From the human T2T-CHM13v2.0 reference genome, Homo sapiens: a stretch of DNA of 64,000 nt. Shown here piece after piece: positions 27,055 to 39,400 of this stretch (the first letter of the stretch is position 1; each line of letters opens with the position of its first letter). The DNA lies in NCBI RefSeq assembly GCF_009914755.1, contig NC_060929.1. One strand, 5' to 3'. The position numbers were made by a program, and so were the translations under genes. The notes beneath the pieces were generated by a model. That model saw nothing but the letters and a program-made list of their open reading frames with translations. It searched no databases and was not told the DNA's origin.

Positions 27055-30000
27055 AAATATCTTCCTATAAAAACTAGACAGAAAGATCCTCAGAAACTCC
27101 TTTGTGATGTGTGCGTTCAACTCACAGAGTTTAAGCTTTCTTTTCATAGAGCAGTTAGGAAACACTCTGTTTGTAAAGTCTGCAAGTGGATATTCAGACC
27201 TCTTTGAGGCCTTCGTTGGAAACGGGTTTTTTTCATATAAGGCTAGACAGAAGAATTCCCAGTAACTTCCTTGTGTTGTGTGTGTTCAACTCACAGAGTT
27301 GAACTTTCATTTACACAGAGCAGATTTGAAACACTCTTTTTGTGGAATTTGCAAGTGGAGATTTCAAGCGCTTTGAGGCCAAAGGCAGAAAAGGAAATAT
27401 CTTCGTATAAAAACTAGACAGAATCATTCTCAGAAACTGCTCTGTGATGTGTGCGTTCAACTCTCAGAGTTAAACTTTTCTTTTCATTCAGCAGTTTGGA
27501 AACACTCTGTTTGTAAAGTCTGCACGTGGATAATTTGACCACTTAGAGGCCTTCGTTGGAAACGGGTTTTTTTCATGTAAGGCTAGACAGAAGAGTTCTC
27601 AGTAACTTCCTTGTGTTGTGTGTATTCAACTCACACAGTTGAACGATCCTTTACAGAGAGCAGACTTGTAACACTCTTTTTGTGGAATTTGCAAGTGGAG
27701 ATTTCAGCCGCTTTGAAGTCAAAGTAGAAAAGGAAATATCTTCCTATAAAAACTAGACAGAATGATTCTCAGAAACTCCTTTGTGATGTGTGCGTTCAAC
27801 TCACAGAGTTTAACCTTTCTTTTCATAGAGCAGTTAGGAAACACTCTGTTTGTAAAGTCTGCAAGTGGATATTCAGACCTCTTTGAGGCCTTCGTTGGAA
27901 ACGGGTTTTTTTCATATAAGGCTAGACAGAAGAATTCCCAGTAACTTCCTTGTGTTGTGTGTGTTCAACTCACAGAGTTGAACTTTCATTTACACAGAGC
28001 AGATTTGAAACACTCTTTTTGTGGAATTTGCAAATGGAGATTTCAAGCGCTTTGAGGCCAAAGGCAGAAAAGGAAATATCTTCGTATAAAAACTAGACAG
28101 AATCATTCTCAGAAACTGCTCTGCGATGTGTGCGTTCAACTCTCAGAGTTTAACTTTTCTTTTCATTCAGTAGTTTGGAAACACTCTGTTTGTAAAGTCT
28201 GCACGTGGATAATTTGACCACTTAGAGGCCTTCGTTGGAAACGGGTTTTTTTCATGTAAGGCTAGACAGAAGAATTCTCAGTAACTTCCTTGTGTTGTGT
28301 GTATTCAACTCACAGAGTTGAACGATCCTTTACACAGAGCAGACTTGTAACACTCTTTTTGTGGAATTTGCAAGTGGAGATTTCAGCCGCTTTGAAGTCA
28401 AAGGTAGAAAAGGAAATATCTTCCTATAAAAACTAGACAGAATGATTCTCAGAAACTCCTTTGTGATGTGTACGTTCAACTCACAGAGTTTAACCTTTCT
28501 TTTCATAGAGCAGTTAGGAAACACTCTGTTTGTAAAGTCTGCAAGTGGATATTGAGACCTCTTTGAGGCGTTCGTTGGAAACGGGTTTTGTTCATATAAG
28601 GCTAGACAGAAGGATTCCCAGTAACTTCCTTGTGTTGTGTGTGTTCAACTCACAGAGTTGAACTTTCATTTACAAAGAGCAGATTTGAAACACTCTTTTT
28701 GTGGAATTTGCAAGTGGAGATTTCAAGCGCTTTGAGGCCAAAGGCAGAAAAGGAAATATCTTCGTATAAAAACTAGACAGAATCATTCTCAGAAACTGCT
28801 CTGCGATGTGTGCGTTCAACTCTCAGAGTTTAACTTTTCTTTTCATTCAGCAGTTTGGAAACACTCTGTTTGTAAAGTCTGCACGTGGATAATTTGACCA
28901 CTTAGAGGCCTTCGTTGGAAACGGGTTTTTTTCATGTAAGGCTAGACAGAAGAATTCTCAGTAACTTCCTTGTGTTGTGTGTATTCAACTCACAGAGTTG
29001 AACGATCCTTTACACAGAGCAGACTTGTAACACTCTTTTTGTGGAATTTGCAAGTGGAGATTTCAGCCGCTTTGAAGTCAAATGTAGAAAAGGAAATATC
29101 TTCCTATAAAAACTAGACAGAATGATTCTCAGAAACTCCTTTGTGATGTGTGCGTTCAACTCACAGAGTTTAACCTTTCTTTTCATAGAGCAGTTAGGAA
29201 ACACTCTGCTTGTAAAGTCTGCAAGTGGATATTCAGCCCTCTTTGAGGCCTTCGTTGGAAACGGGTTTTTTTCATATAAGGCTAGACAGAAGAATTCCCA
29301 GTAACTTCCTTGTGTTGTGTGTGTTCAACTCACAGAGTTGAACTTTCATTTACACAGAGCAGATTTGAAACACTCTTTTTGTGGAATTTGCAAGTGGAGA
29401 TTTCAAGCGCTTTGAGGCCAAAGGCAGAAAAGGAAATATCTTCGTATAAAAACTAGACAGAATCATTCTCAGAAACTGCTCTGCGATGTGTGCGTTCAAC
29501 TCTCAGAGTTTAACTTTTCTTTTCATTCAGCAGTTTGGAAACACTCTGTTTGTAAAGTCTGCACGTGGATATTTTGACCACTTAGAGGCCTTCGTTGGAA
29601 ACGGGTTTTTTTCCTGTAAGGCTAGACAGAAGAATTCCCAGTAACTTCCTTGTGTTGTGTACATTCAACTCACAGAGTTGAACGTTCCCTTAGACAGAGC
29701 AGATTTGAAACACTCTTTTTGTGCAATTGGCAAGTGGAGATTTCAAGCGCTTTAAGGTCAATGGCAGAAAAGGAAATATCTTCGTTTCAAAACTAGAGAG
29801 AATCATTCCCAAAAACTGCGTTGTGATGTGTTCGTTCATCTCACAGAGTTTAACCTTTCTTTTCATAGAGCAGTTAGGAAACAGTCTGTTTGTAAATTCT
29901 GTAAGTGGATATTCTGACATCTTGTGGCCTTCGTTGGAAACGGGATTTCTTCATATTCTGCTAGACAGAAGAATTCTCAGAATCTTCCTTGTGTTGTGTG

Positions 30001-33000
30001 TATTCAACTCACAGAGTTGAACGATGGTTTACACAGAGCAGATTTGAAACACTCTTTTTGTGCAATTTGCAAGTGGAGATTTCAGCCGCTTTGAGGTCAA
30101 ATGTAGAAAAGGAAATATCTTCCTATAAAAACTAGACAGAATGATTCTCAGAAACTTCTTTGTGATGTGTGCGTTCAACTCACAGAGTTTAACCTTTCTT
30201 TTCATAGAGCAGTTAGGAAACACTCTGTTTGTAAACTCTGCAAGTGGATATTCAGACCTCTTTGAGGCCTTCGTTGGAAACGGGATTTCTTCATACTGTG
30301 CTAGACAGAAGAATTCTCAGTAACTTCCTTGTGTTGTGTGTATTCAACTCACAGAGTTGACCGATCCTTTACACAGAGCAGACTTGTAACACTCTTTTTG
30401 TGGAATTTGCAAGTGGAGATTTCAGCCGCTTTGAAGTCAAAGGTAGAAAAGGGAATATCTTCCTATAAAAACTAGACAGAATGATTCTCAGAAACTCCTT
30501 TGTCATGTGTGCGTTCAACTCAGAGTTTAACCTTTCTTTTCATAGAGCAGTTAGGAAACACTCTGTTTCTAAAGTCTGCAAGTGGATATTCAGACCTCTT
30601 TGAGGCCTTCGTTGGAAACGGGTTTTTTTCATATAAGGCTAGACAGAAGAATTCCCAGTAACTTCCTTGTGTTGTGTGTGTTCAACTCACAGAGTTGTAC
30701 TTTCATTTACACAGAGCAGATTTGAAACACTCTTTTTGTGGAATTTGCAAATGGAGATTTCAAGCGCTTTGAGGCCAAAGGCAGAAAAGGAAATATCTTC
30801 GTATAAAAACTAGACAGAATCATTCTCAGAAAGTGCTCTGCGATGTGTGCGTTCAACTCTCAGAGTTTAACTTTTCTTTTCATTCAGCAGTTTGGAAACA
30901 CTCTGTTTGTAAAGTCTGCACGTGGATAATTTGACCACTTAGAGGCCTTCGTTGGAAACGGGTTTTTTTCATGTAAGGCTAGACAGAAGAATTCTCAGTA
31001 ACTTCCTTGTGTTGTGTGTATTCAACTCACAGAGTTGAACGATCCTTTACACAGAGCAGACTTGTAACACTCTTTTTGTGGAATTTGCAAGTGGAGATTT
31101 CAGCCGCTATGAAGTCAAATGTAGAAAAGGAAATATCTTCCTATAAAAACTAGACAGAATGATTCTCAGAAACTCCTTTGTGATGTGTGCGTTCAACTCA
31201 CAGAGTTTAACCTTTCTTTTCATAGAGCAGTTAGGAAACACTCTGTTTGTAAAGTCTGCAAGTGGATATTCAGACCTCTTTGAGGCCTTCGTTGGAAACG
31301 GGTTTTTTTCATATAAGGCTAGACAGAAGAATTCCCAGTAACTTCCTTGTGTTGTGTGTGTTCAACTCACAGAGTTGAACTTTCATTTACACAGAGCAGA
31401 TTTGAAACACTCTTTTTGTGGAATTTGCAAGTGGAGATTTCAAGCGCTTTGAGGCCAAAGGCAGAAAAGGAAATATCTTCGTATAAAAACTAGACAGAAT
31501 CATTCTCAGAAACTGCTCTGTGATGTGTGCGTTCAACTCTCAGAGTTTAACTTTTCTTTTCATTCAGCAGTTTGGAAACACTCTGTTTCTAAAGTCTGCA
31601 CGTGGATAATTTGACCACTTAGAGGCCTTCGTTGGAAACGGGTTTTTTTCATGTAAGGCTAGACAGAAGAGTTCTCAGTAACTTCCTTGTGTTGTGTGTA
31701 TTCAACTCACACAGTTGAACGATCCTTTACAGAGAGCAGACTTGTAACACTCTTTTTGTGGAATTTGCAAGTGGAGATTTCAGCCGCTTTGAAGTCAAAG
31801 TAGAAAAGGAAATATCTTCCTATAAAAACTAGACAGAATGATTCTCAGAAACTCCTTTGTGATGTGTGCGTTCAACTCAAAGAGTTTAACCTTTCTTTTC
31901 ATAGAGCAGTTAGGAAACACTCTGTTTGTAAAGTCTGCAAGTGGATATTCAGACCTCTTTGAGGCCTTCGTTGGAAACGGGTTTTTTTCATATAAGGCTA
32001 GACAGAAGAATTCCCAGTAACTTCCTTGTGTTGTGTGTGTTCAACTCACAGAGTTGAACTTTCATTTACACAGAGCAGATTTGAAACACTCTTTTTGTGG
32101 AATTTGCAGGTGGAGATTTCAAGCGCTTTGAGGCCAAAGGCAGTAAAGGAAATATCTTCGTATAAAAACTAGACAGAATCATTCTCAGAAACTGCTCTGC
32201 GATGTGTGCGTTCAACTCTCAGAGTTTAACTTTTCTTTTCATTCAGCAGTTTGGAAACACTCTGTTTGTAAATTCTGCACGTGGATAATTTGACCACTTA
32301 GAGGCCTTCGTTGGAAACGGGTTTTTTTCATGTAAGGCTAGACAGAAGAATTCTCAGTAACTTCCTTGTGTTGTGTGTATTCAACTCACAGAGTTGAACG
32401 ATCCTTTACACAGAGCAGACTTGTAACACTCTTTTTGTGGAATTTGCAAGTGGAGATTTCAGCCGCTTTGAAGTCAAAGGTAGAAAAGGAAATATCTTCC
32501 TATAAAAACTAGACAGAATGATTCTCAGAAACTCCTTTGTGATGTGTGCGTTCAACTCACAGAGTTTAACCTTTCTTTTCATAGAGCAGTTAGGAAACAC
32601 TCTGTTTGTAAACTCTGCAAGTGGATATTCAGACCTCTTTGAGGCCTTCGTTGGAAACGGGATTTCTTCATACTGTGCTAGACAGAAGAATTCTCAGTAA
32701 CTTCCTTGTGTTGTGTGTATTCAACTCACAGAGTTGAACGATCCTTTACACAGAGCAGACTTGGAACACTCTTTTTGTGGAATTTGCAAGTGGAGATTTC
32801 AGCCGCGTTGAGGTCAATGGTAGAAAAGGAAATATCTTCGTATAAAAACTAGACAGAATGATTCTCAGAAACTCCTTTGAGATGTGTGTGTTCAACTCAC
32901 AGAGTTTAACCTTTCTTTTCATAGAGCAGTTAGGAATCACTCTGTTTGTAAAGTCTGCAAGTGGATATTGAGACCTCTTTGAGGCCTTCGTTGGAAACGG

Positions 33001-33367
33001 GTTTTTTTCATATAAGGCTAGACAGAAGAATTCCCAGTAACTTCCTTGTGTTGTGTGTGTTCAACTCACAGAGTTGAACTTTGATTTACACAGAGCAGAT
33101 TTGAAACACTCTTTTTGTGGAATTTGCAAGTGGAGATTTCAAGCGCTTTGAGGCCAAAGGCAGAAAAGGAAATATCTTCGTATAAAAACTAGACAGAATC
33201 ATTCTCAGAAACTGCTCTGCGATGTGTGCGTTCAACTCTCAGAGTTTAACTTTTCTTTTCATTCAGCAGTTTGGAAACACTCTGTTTGTAAAGTCTGCAC
33301 GTGGATATTTTGACCACTTAGAGGCCTTCGTTGGAAACGGGTTTTTTTCCTGTAAGGCTAGACAGAA

Positions 33368-34386
33368 GAATTCCCAGTAACTTCCTTGTGTTGTGTACAT
33401 TCAACTCACAGAGTTGAACGTTCCCTTAGACAGAGCAGATTTGAAACACTCTTTTTGTGCAATTGGCAAGTGGAGATTTCAAGCGCTTTGAGGTCAATGG
33501 CAGAAAAGGGAATATCTTCGTTTCAAAACTGGACAGAATCATTCCCACAAACTGCGTTGTGATGTGTTCGTTCAACTCACAGAGTTTAACCTTTCTTTTC
33601 ATAGAGCAGTTAGGAAACACTCTGTTTGTAAATTCTGTAAGTGGATATTCTGACATCTAGTGGCCTTCGTTGGAAACGGGATTTCTTCATATTCTGCTAG
33701 ACAGAAGAATTCTCAGAATCTTCCTTGTGTTGTGTGTATTCAACTCACAGAGTTGAACGATCCTTTACACAGAGCAGACTTGGAACACTCTTTTTGTGGA
33801 ATTTGCAAGTGGAGATTTCAGCCGCGTTGAGGTCAATGGTAGAAAAGGAAATATCTTCGTATAAAAACTAGACAGAATGATTCTTAGAAACTCCTTTGAG
33901 ATGTGTGCGTTCAACTCACAGAGTTTAACCTTTCTTTTCATAGAGCAGTTAGGAAACACTCTGCTTGTAAAGTCTGCAAGTGGATATTCAGCCCTCTTTG
34001 AGGCCTTCGCTGGAAACGGGTTTTTTTCATATAAGGCTAGACAGCAGAATTCCCAGTAACTTCCTTGTGTTGTGTGTGTTCAACTCACAGAGTTGAACTT
34101 TGATTTACACAGAGCAGATTTGAAACACTCTTTTTTTGGAATTTGCAAGTGGAGATTTCAAGCGCTTTGAGGCCAAAGGCAGAAAAGGAAATATCTTCGT
34201 ATAAAAACTAGACAGAATCATTCTCAGAAACTGCTCTGCGATGTGTGCGTTCAACTCTCAGAGTTTAACTTTTCTTTTCATTCAGCAGTTTGGAAACACT
34301 CTGTTTGTAAAGTCTGCACGTGGATATTTTGACCACTTAGAGGCCTTCGTTGGAAACGGGTTTTTTTCCTGTAAGGCTAGACAGAA
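33368..34386 (+). repeat. Single 1019-bp 6-mer HOR unit (C-E-B')
   Basis: C-dimer ORFs at 33457 and 34476 are 1019 bp apart with no D dimer between them. Confidence 0.85.
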
Positions 34387-36424
34387 GAATTCCCAGTAAC
34401 TTCCTTGTGTTGTATACATTCAACTCACAGAGTTGAACGTTCCCTTAGACAGAGCAGATTTGAAACACTCTTTTTGTGCAATTGGCAAGTGGAGATTTCA
34501 AGCGCTTTGAGGTCAATGGCAGAAAAGGAAATATCTTCGTTTCAAAACTAGACAGAATCATTCCCACAAACTGCGTTGTGATGTGTTCGTTCAACTCACA
34601 GAGTTTAACCTTTCTTTTCATAGAGCAGTTAGGAAACAGTCTGTTTGAAAATTCTGTAAGTGGATATTCTGACATCTTGTGGCCTTCGTTGGAAACGGGA
34701 TTTCTTCATATTCTGCTAGACAGAAGAATTCTCAGAATCTTCCTTGTGTTGTGTGTATTCAACTCACAGAGTTGAACGATAGTTTACACAGAGCAGATTT
34801 GAAACACTCATTTGGTGGAATTTGCAAGTGGAGATTTCAGCCGCTTTGAGGTCAATGGTAGAAAAGGAAATATCTTCGTATAACAACTAGACAGAATGAT
34901 TCTCAGAAACTTCTTTGTGATGTGTGTGTTCAACTCACAGTGTTTAACCTTTCTTTTCATAGAGCAGTTAGGAAACACTGTGTTTTTAAACTCTGCAAGT
35001 GGATATTCAGACCTCTTTGAGGCCTTCGTTGGAAACGGGTTTCTTCATACTGTGCTAGACAGAAGAATTCTCAGTAACTTCCTTGTGTTGTGTGTATTCA
35101 ACTCACAGAGTTGAACGATCCTTTACACAGAGCAGACTTGAAACACTCTTTTTGTGGAATTTGCAAGTGGAGATTTCAGCCGCGTTGAGGTCAATGGTAG
35201 AAAAGGAAATATCTTCCTATAAAAACTAGACAGAATGATTCTCAGAAACTCCTTTGTGATGTGTGTGTTCAACTCACAGAGTTTAACATTTCTTTTCATA
35301 GAGCAGTTAGGAAACACTCTGTTTGTAAAGTCTGCAAGTGGATATTCAGACCTCTTTGAGGCCTTCGTTGGAAACGGGTTTTTTTCATATAAGGCTAGAC
35401 AGAAGAATTCCCAGTAACTTCCTTGTGTTGTGTGTGTTCAACTCACAGAGTAGAACTTTCATTTACACAGAGCAGATTTGAAACACTCTTTTTGTGGAAT
35501 TTGCAGGTGGAGATTTCAAGCGCTTTGAGGCCAAAGGCAGAAAAGGAAATATCTTCGTATAAAAACTAGACAGAATCATTCTCAGAAACTGCTCTGCGAT
35601 GTGTGCGTTCAACTCTCAGAGTTTAACTTTTCTTATCATTCAGCAGTTTGGAAACACTCTGTTTGTAAAGTCTGCACGTGGATAATTTGACCACTTAGAG
35701 GCCTTCCTTGGAAACGGGTTTTTTTCATGTAAGGCTAGACAGAAGAATTCTCAGTAACTTCCTTGTGTTGTGTGTATTCAACTCACAGAGTTGAACGATC
35801 CTTTACACAGAGCAGACTTGTAACACTCTTTTTGTGGAATTTGCAAGTGGAGATTTCAGCCGCTTTGAAGTCAAAGGTAGAAAAGGAAATATCTTCCTAT
35901 AAAAACTAGACAGAATGATTCTCAGAAACTCCTTTGTGATGTGTACGTTCAACTCACAGAGTTTAACCTGTCTTTTCATAGAGCAGTTAGGAAACACTCT
36001 GTTTGTAAAGTCTGCAAGTGGATATTGAGACCTCTTTGAGGCCTTCGTTGGAAACGGGTTTTTTTCATATAAGGCTAGACAGAAGGATTCCCAGTAACTT
36101 CCTTGTGTTGTGTGTGTTCAACTCACAGAGTTGAACTTTCATTTACAAAGAGCATATTTGAAACACTCTTTTTGTGGAATTTGCAAGTGGAGATTTCAAG
36201 CGCTTTGAGGCCAAAGGCAGAAAAGGAAATATCTTCGTATAAAAACTAGACAGAATCATTCTCAGAAACTGCTCTGCGATGTGTGCGTTCAACTCTCAGA
36301 GTTTAACTTTTCTTTTCATTCAGCAGTTTGGAAACACTCTGTTTCTAAAGTCTGCACGTGGATATTTTGACCACTTAGAGGCCTTCGTTGGAAACGGGTT
36401 TTTTTCCTGTAAGGCTAGACAGAA

Positions 36425-39400
36425 GAATTCCCAGTAACTTCCTTGTGTTGTGTACATTCAACTCACAGAGTTGAACGTTCCCTTAGACAGAGCAGATTTG
36501 AAACACTCTTTTTGTGCAATTGGCAAGTGGAGATTTCAAGCGCTTTAAGGTCAATGGCAGAAAAGGAAATATCTTCGTTTCAAAACTAGACAGAATCATT
36601 CCCACAAACTGCGTTGTGATGTGTTCGTTCATCTCACAGAGTTTAACCTTTCTTTTCATAGAGCAGTTAGGAAACAGTCTGTTTGTAAATTCTGTAAGTG
36701 GATATTCTGACATCTTGTGGCCTTCGTTGGAAACGGGATTTCTTCATATTCTGCTAGACAGAAGAATTCTCAGAATCTTCCTTGTGTTGTGTGTATTCAA
36801 CTCACAGAGTTGAACGATGGTTTACACAGAGCAGATTTGAAACACTCTTTTTGTGGAATTTGCAAGTGGAGATTTCAGCCGCTTTGAGGTCAATGGTAGA
36901 AAAGGAAATATCTTCGTATAAAAACTAGACAGAATGATTCTCAGAAACTTCTTTGTGATGTGTGCGTTCAACTCACAGAGTTTAACCTTTCTTTTCATAG
37001 AGCAGTTAGGAAACACTCTGTTTGTAAACTCTGCAAGTGGATATTCAGACCTCTTTGAGGCCTTCGTTGGAAACGGGATTTCTTCATACTGTGCTAGACA
37101 GAAGAATTCTCAGTAACTTCCTTGTGTTGTGTGTATTCAACTCACAGAGTTGACCGATCCTTTACACAGAGCAGACTTGTAACACTCTTTTTGTGGAATT
37201 TGCAAGTGGAGATTTCAAGCGCTGTGAGGCCAAAGGCAGAAAAGGAAATATCTTCGTATAAAAACTAGACAGAATCGTTCTCAGAAACTGCTCTGCGATG
37301 TGTGCGTTCAACTCTCAGAGTTTAACTTTTCTTTTCATTCAGCAGTTTGGAAACACTCTGTTTCTAAAGTCTGCACGTGGATAATTTGACCACTTAGAGG
37401 CCTTCGTTGGAAACGGGTTTTTTTCATGTAAGGCTAGACAGAAGAATTCTCAGTAACTTCCTTGTGTTGTGTGTATTCAACTCACACAGTTGAACGATCC
37501 TTTACACAAAGCAGACTTGTAACACTCTTTTTGTGGAATTTGCAAGTGGAGATTTCAGCCGCTTTGAAGTCAAATGTAGAAAAGGAAATATCTTCCTATA
37601 AAAACTAGACAGAATGATTCTCAGAAACTCCTTTGTGATGTGTGCGTTCAACTCACAGAGTTTAACCTTTCTTTTCATAGAGCAGTTAGGAAACACTCTG
37701 TTTGTAAAGTCTGCAAGTGGATATTCAGACCTGTTTGAGGCCTTCGTTGGAAACGGGTTTTTTTCATATAAGGCTAGACAGAAGAATTCCCAGTAACTTC
37801 CTTGTGTTGTGTGTGTTCAACTCACAGAGTTGAACTTTCATTTACACAGAGCAGATTTGAAACACTCTTTTTGTGGAATTTGCAAGTGGAGATTTCAAGC
37901 GCTTTGAGGCCAAAGGCAGAAAAGGAAATATCTTCGTATAAAAACTAGACAGAATCATTCTCAGAAACTGCTCTGTGATGTGTGCGTTCAACTCTCAGAG
38001 TTTAACTTTTCTTTTCATTCAGCAGTTTGGAAACACTCTGTTTGTAAAGTCTGCACGTGGATAATTTGACCACTTAGAGGCCTTCGTTGGAAACGGGTTT
38101 TTTTCATGTAAGGCTAGACAGAAGAGTTCTCAGTAACTTCCTTGTGTTGTGTGTATTCAACTCACACAGTTGAACGATCCTTTACAGAGAGCAGACTTGT
38201 AACACTCTTTTTGTGGAATTTGCAAGTGGAGATTTCAGCCGCTTTGAAGTCAAAGTAGAAAAGGAAATATCTTCCTATAAAAACTAGACAGAATGATTCT
38301 CAGAAACTCCTTTGTGATGTGTGCGTTCAACTCACAGAGTTTAACCTTTCTTTTCATAGAGCAGTTAGGAAACACTCTGTTTGTAAAGTCTGCAAGTGGA
38401 TATTCAGACCTCTTTGAGGCCTTCGTTGGAAACGGGTTTTTTTCATATAAGGCTAGACAGAAGAATTCCCAGTAACTTCCTTGTGTTGTGTGTGTTCAAC
38501 TCACAGAGTTGAACTTTCATTTACACAGAGCAGATTTGAAACACTCTTTTTGTGGAATTTGCAAGTGGAGATTTCAAGCGCTTTGAGGCCAAAGGCAGAA
38601 AAGGAAATATCTTCGTATAAAAACTAGACAGAATCATTCCCAAAAACTGCGTTGTGATGTGTTCGTTCATCTCACAGAGTTTAACCTTTCTTTTCATAGA
38701 GCAGTTAGGAAACACTCTGTTTGTAAATTCTGTAAGTGGATATTCTGACATCTTGTGGCCTTCGTTGGAAACGGGATTTCTTCATATTCTGCTAGACAGA
38801 AGAATTCTCAGAATCTTCCTTGTGTTGAGTGTATTCAACTCACACAGTTGAACGATGGTTTACACAGAGCAGATTTGAAACACTCTTTTTGTGGAATTTG
38901 CAAGTGGAGATTTCAGCCGCTTTGAGGTCAATGGTAGAAAAGGAAATATCTTCGTATAAAAACTAGACAGAATGATTCTCAGAAACTTCTTTGTGATGTG
39001 TGCGTTCAACTCACAGAGTTTAACCTTTCTTTTCATAGAGCAGTTAGGAAACACTCTGTTTGTAAACTCTGCAAGTGGATATTCAGACCTCTTTGAGGCC
39101 TTCGTTGGAAACGGGATTTCTTCATACTGTGCTAGACAGAAGAATTCTCAGTAACTTCCTTGTGTTGTGTGTATTCAACTCACAGAGTTGAACGATCCTT
39201 TACACAGAGCAGACTTGGAACACTCTTTTTGTGGAATTTGCAAGTGGAGATTTCAGCCGCGTTGAGGTCAATGGTAGAAAAGGAAATATCTTCGTATAAA
39301 AACTAGACAGAATGATTCTCAGAAACTCCTTTGAGATGTGTGTGTTCAACTCACAGAGTTTAACCTTTCTTTTCATAGAGCAGTTAGGAATCACTCTGTT

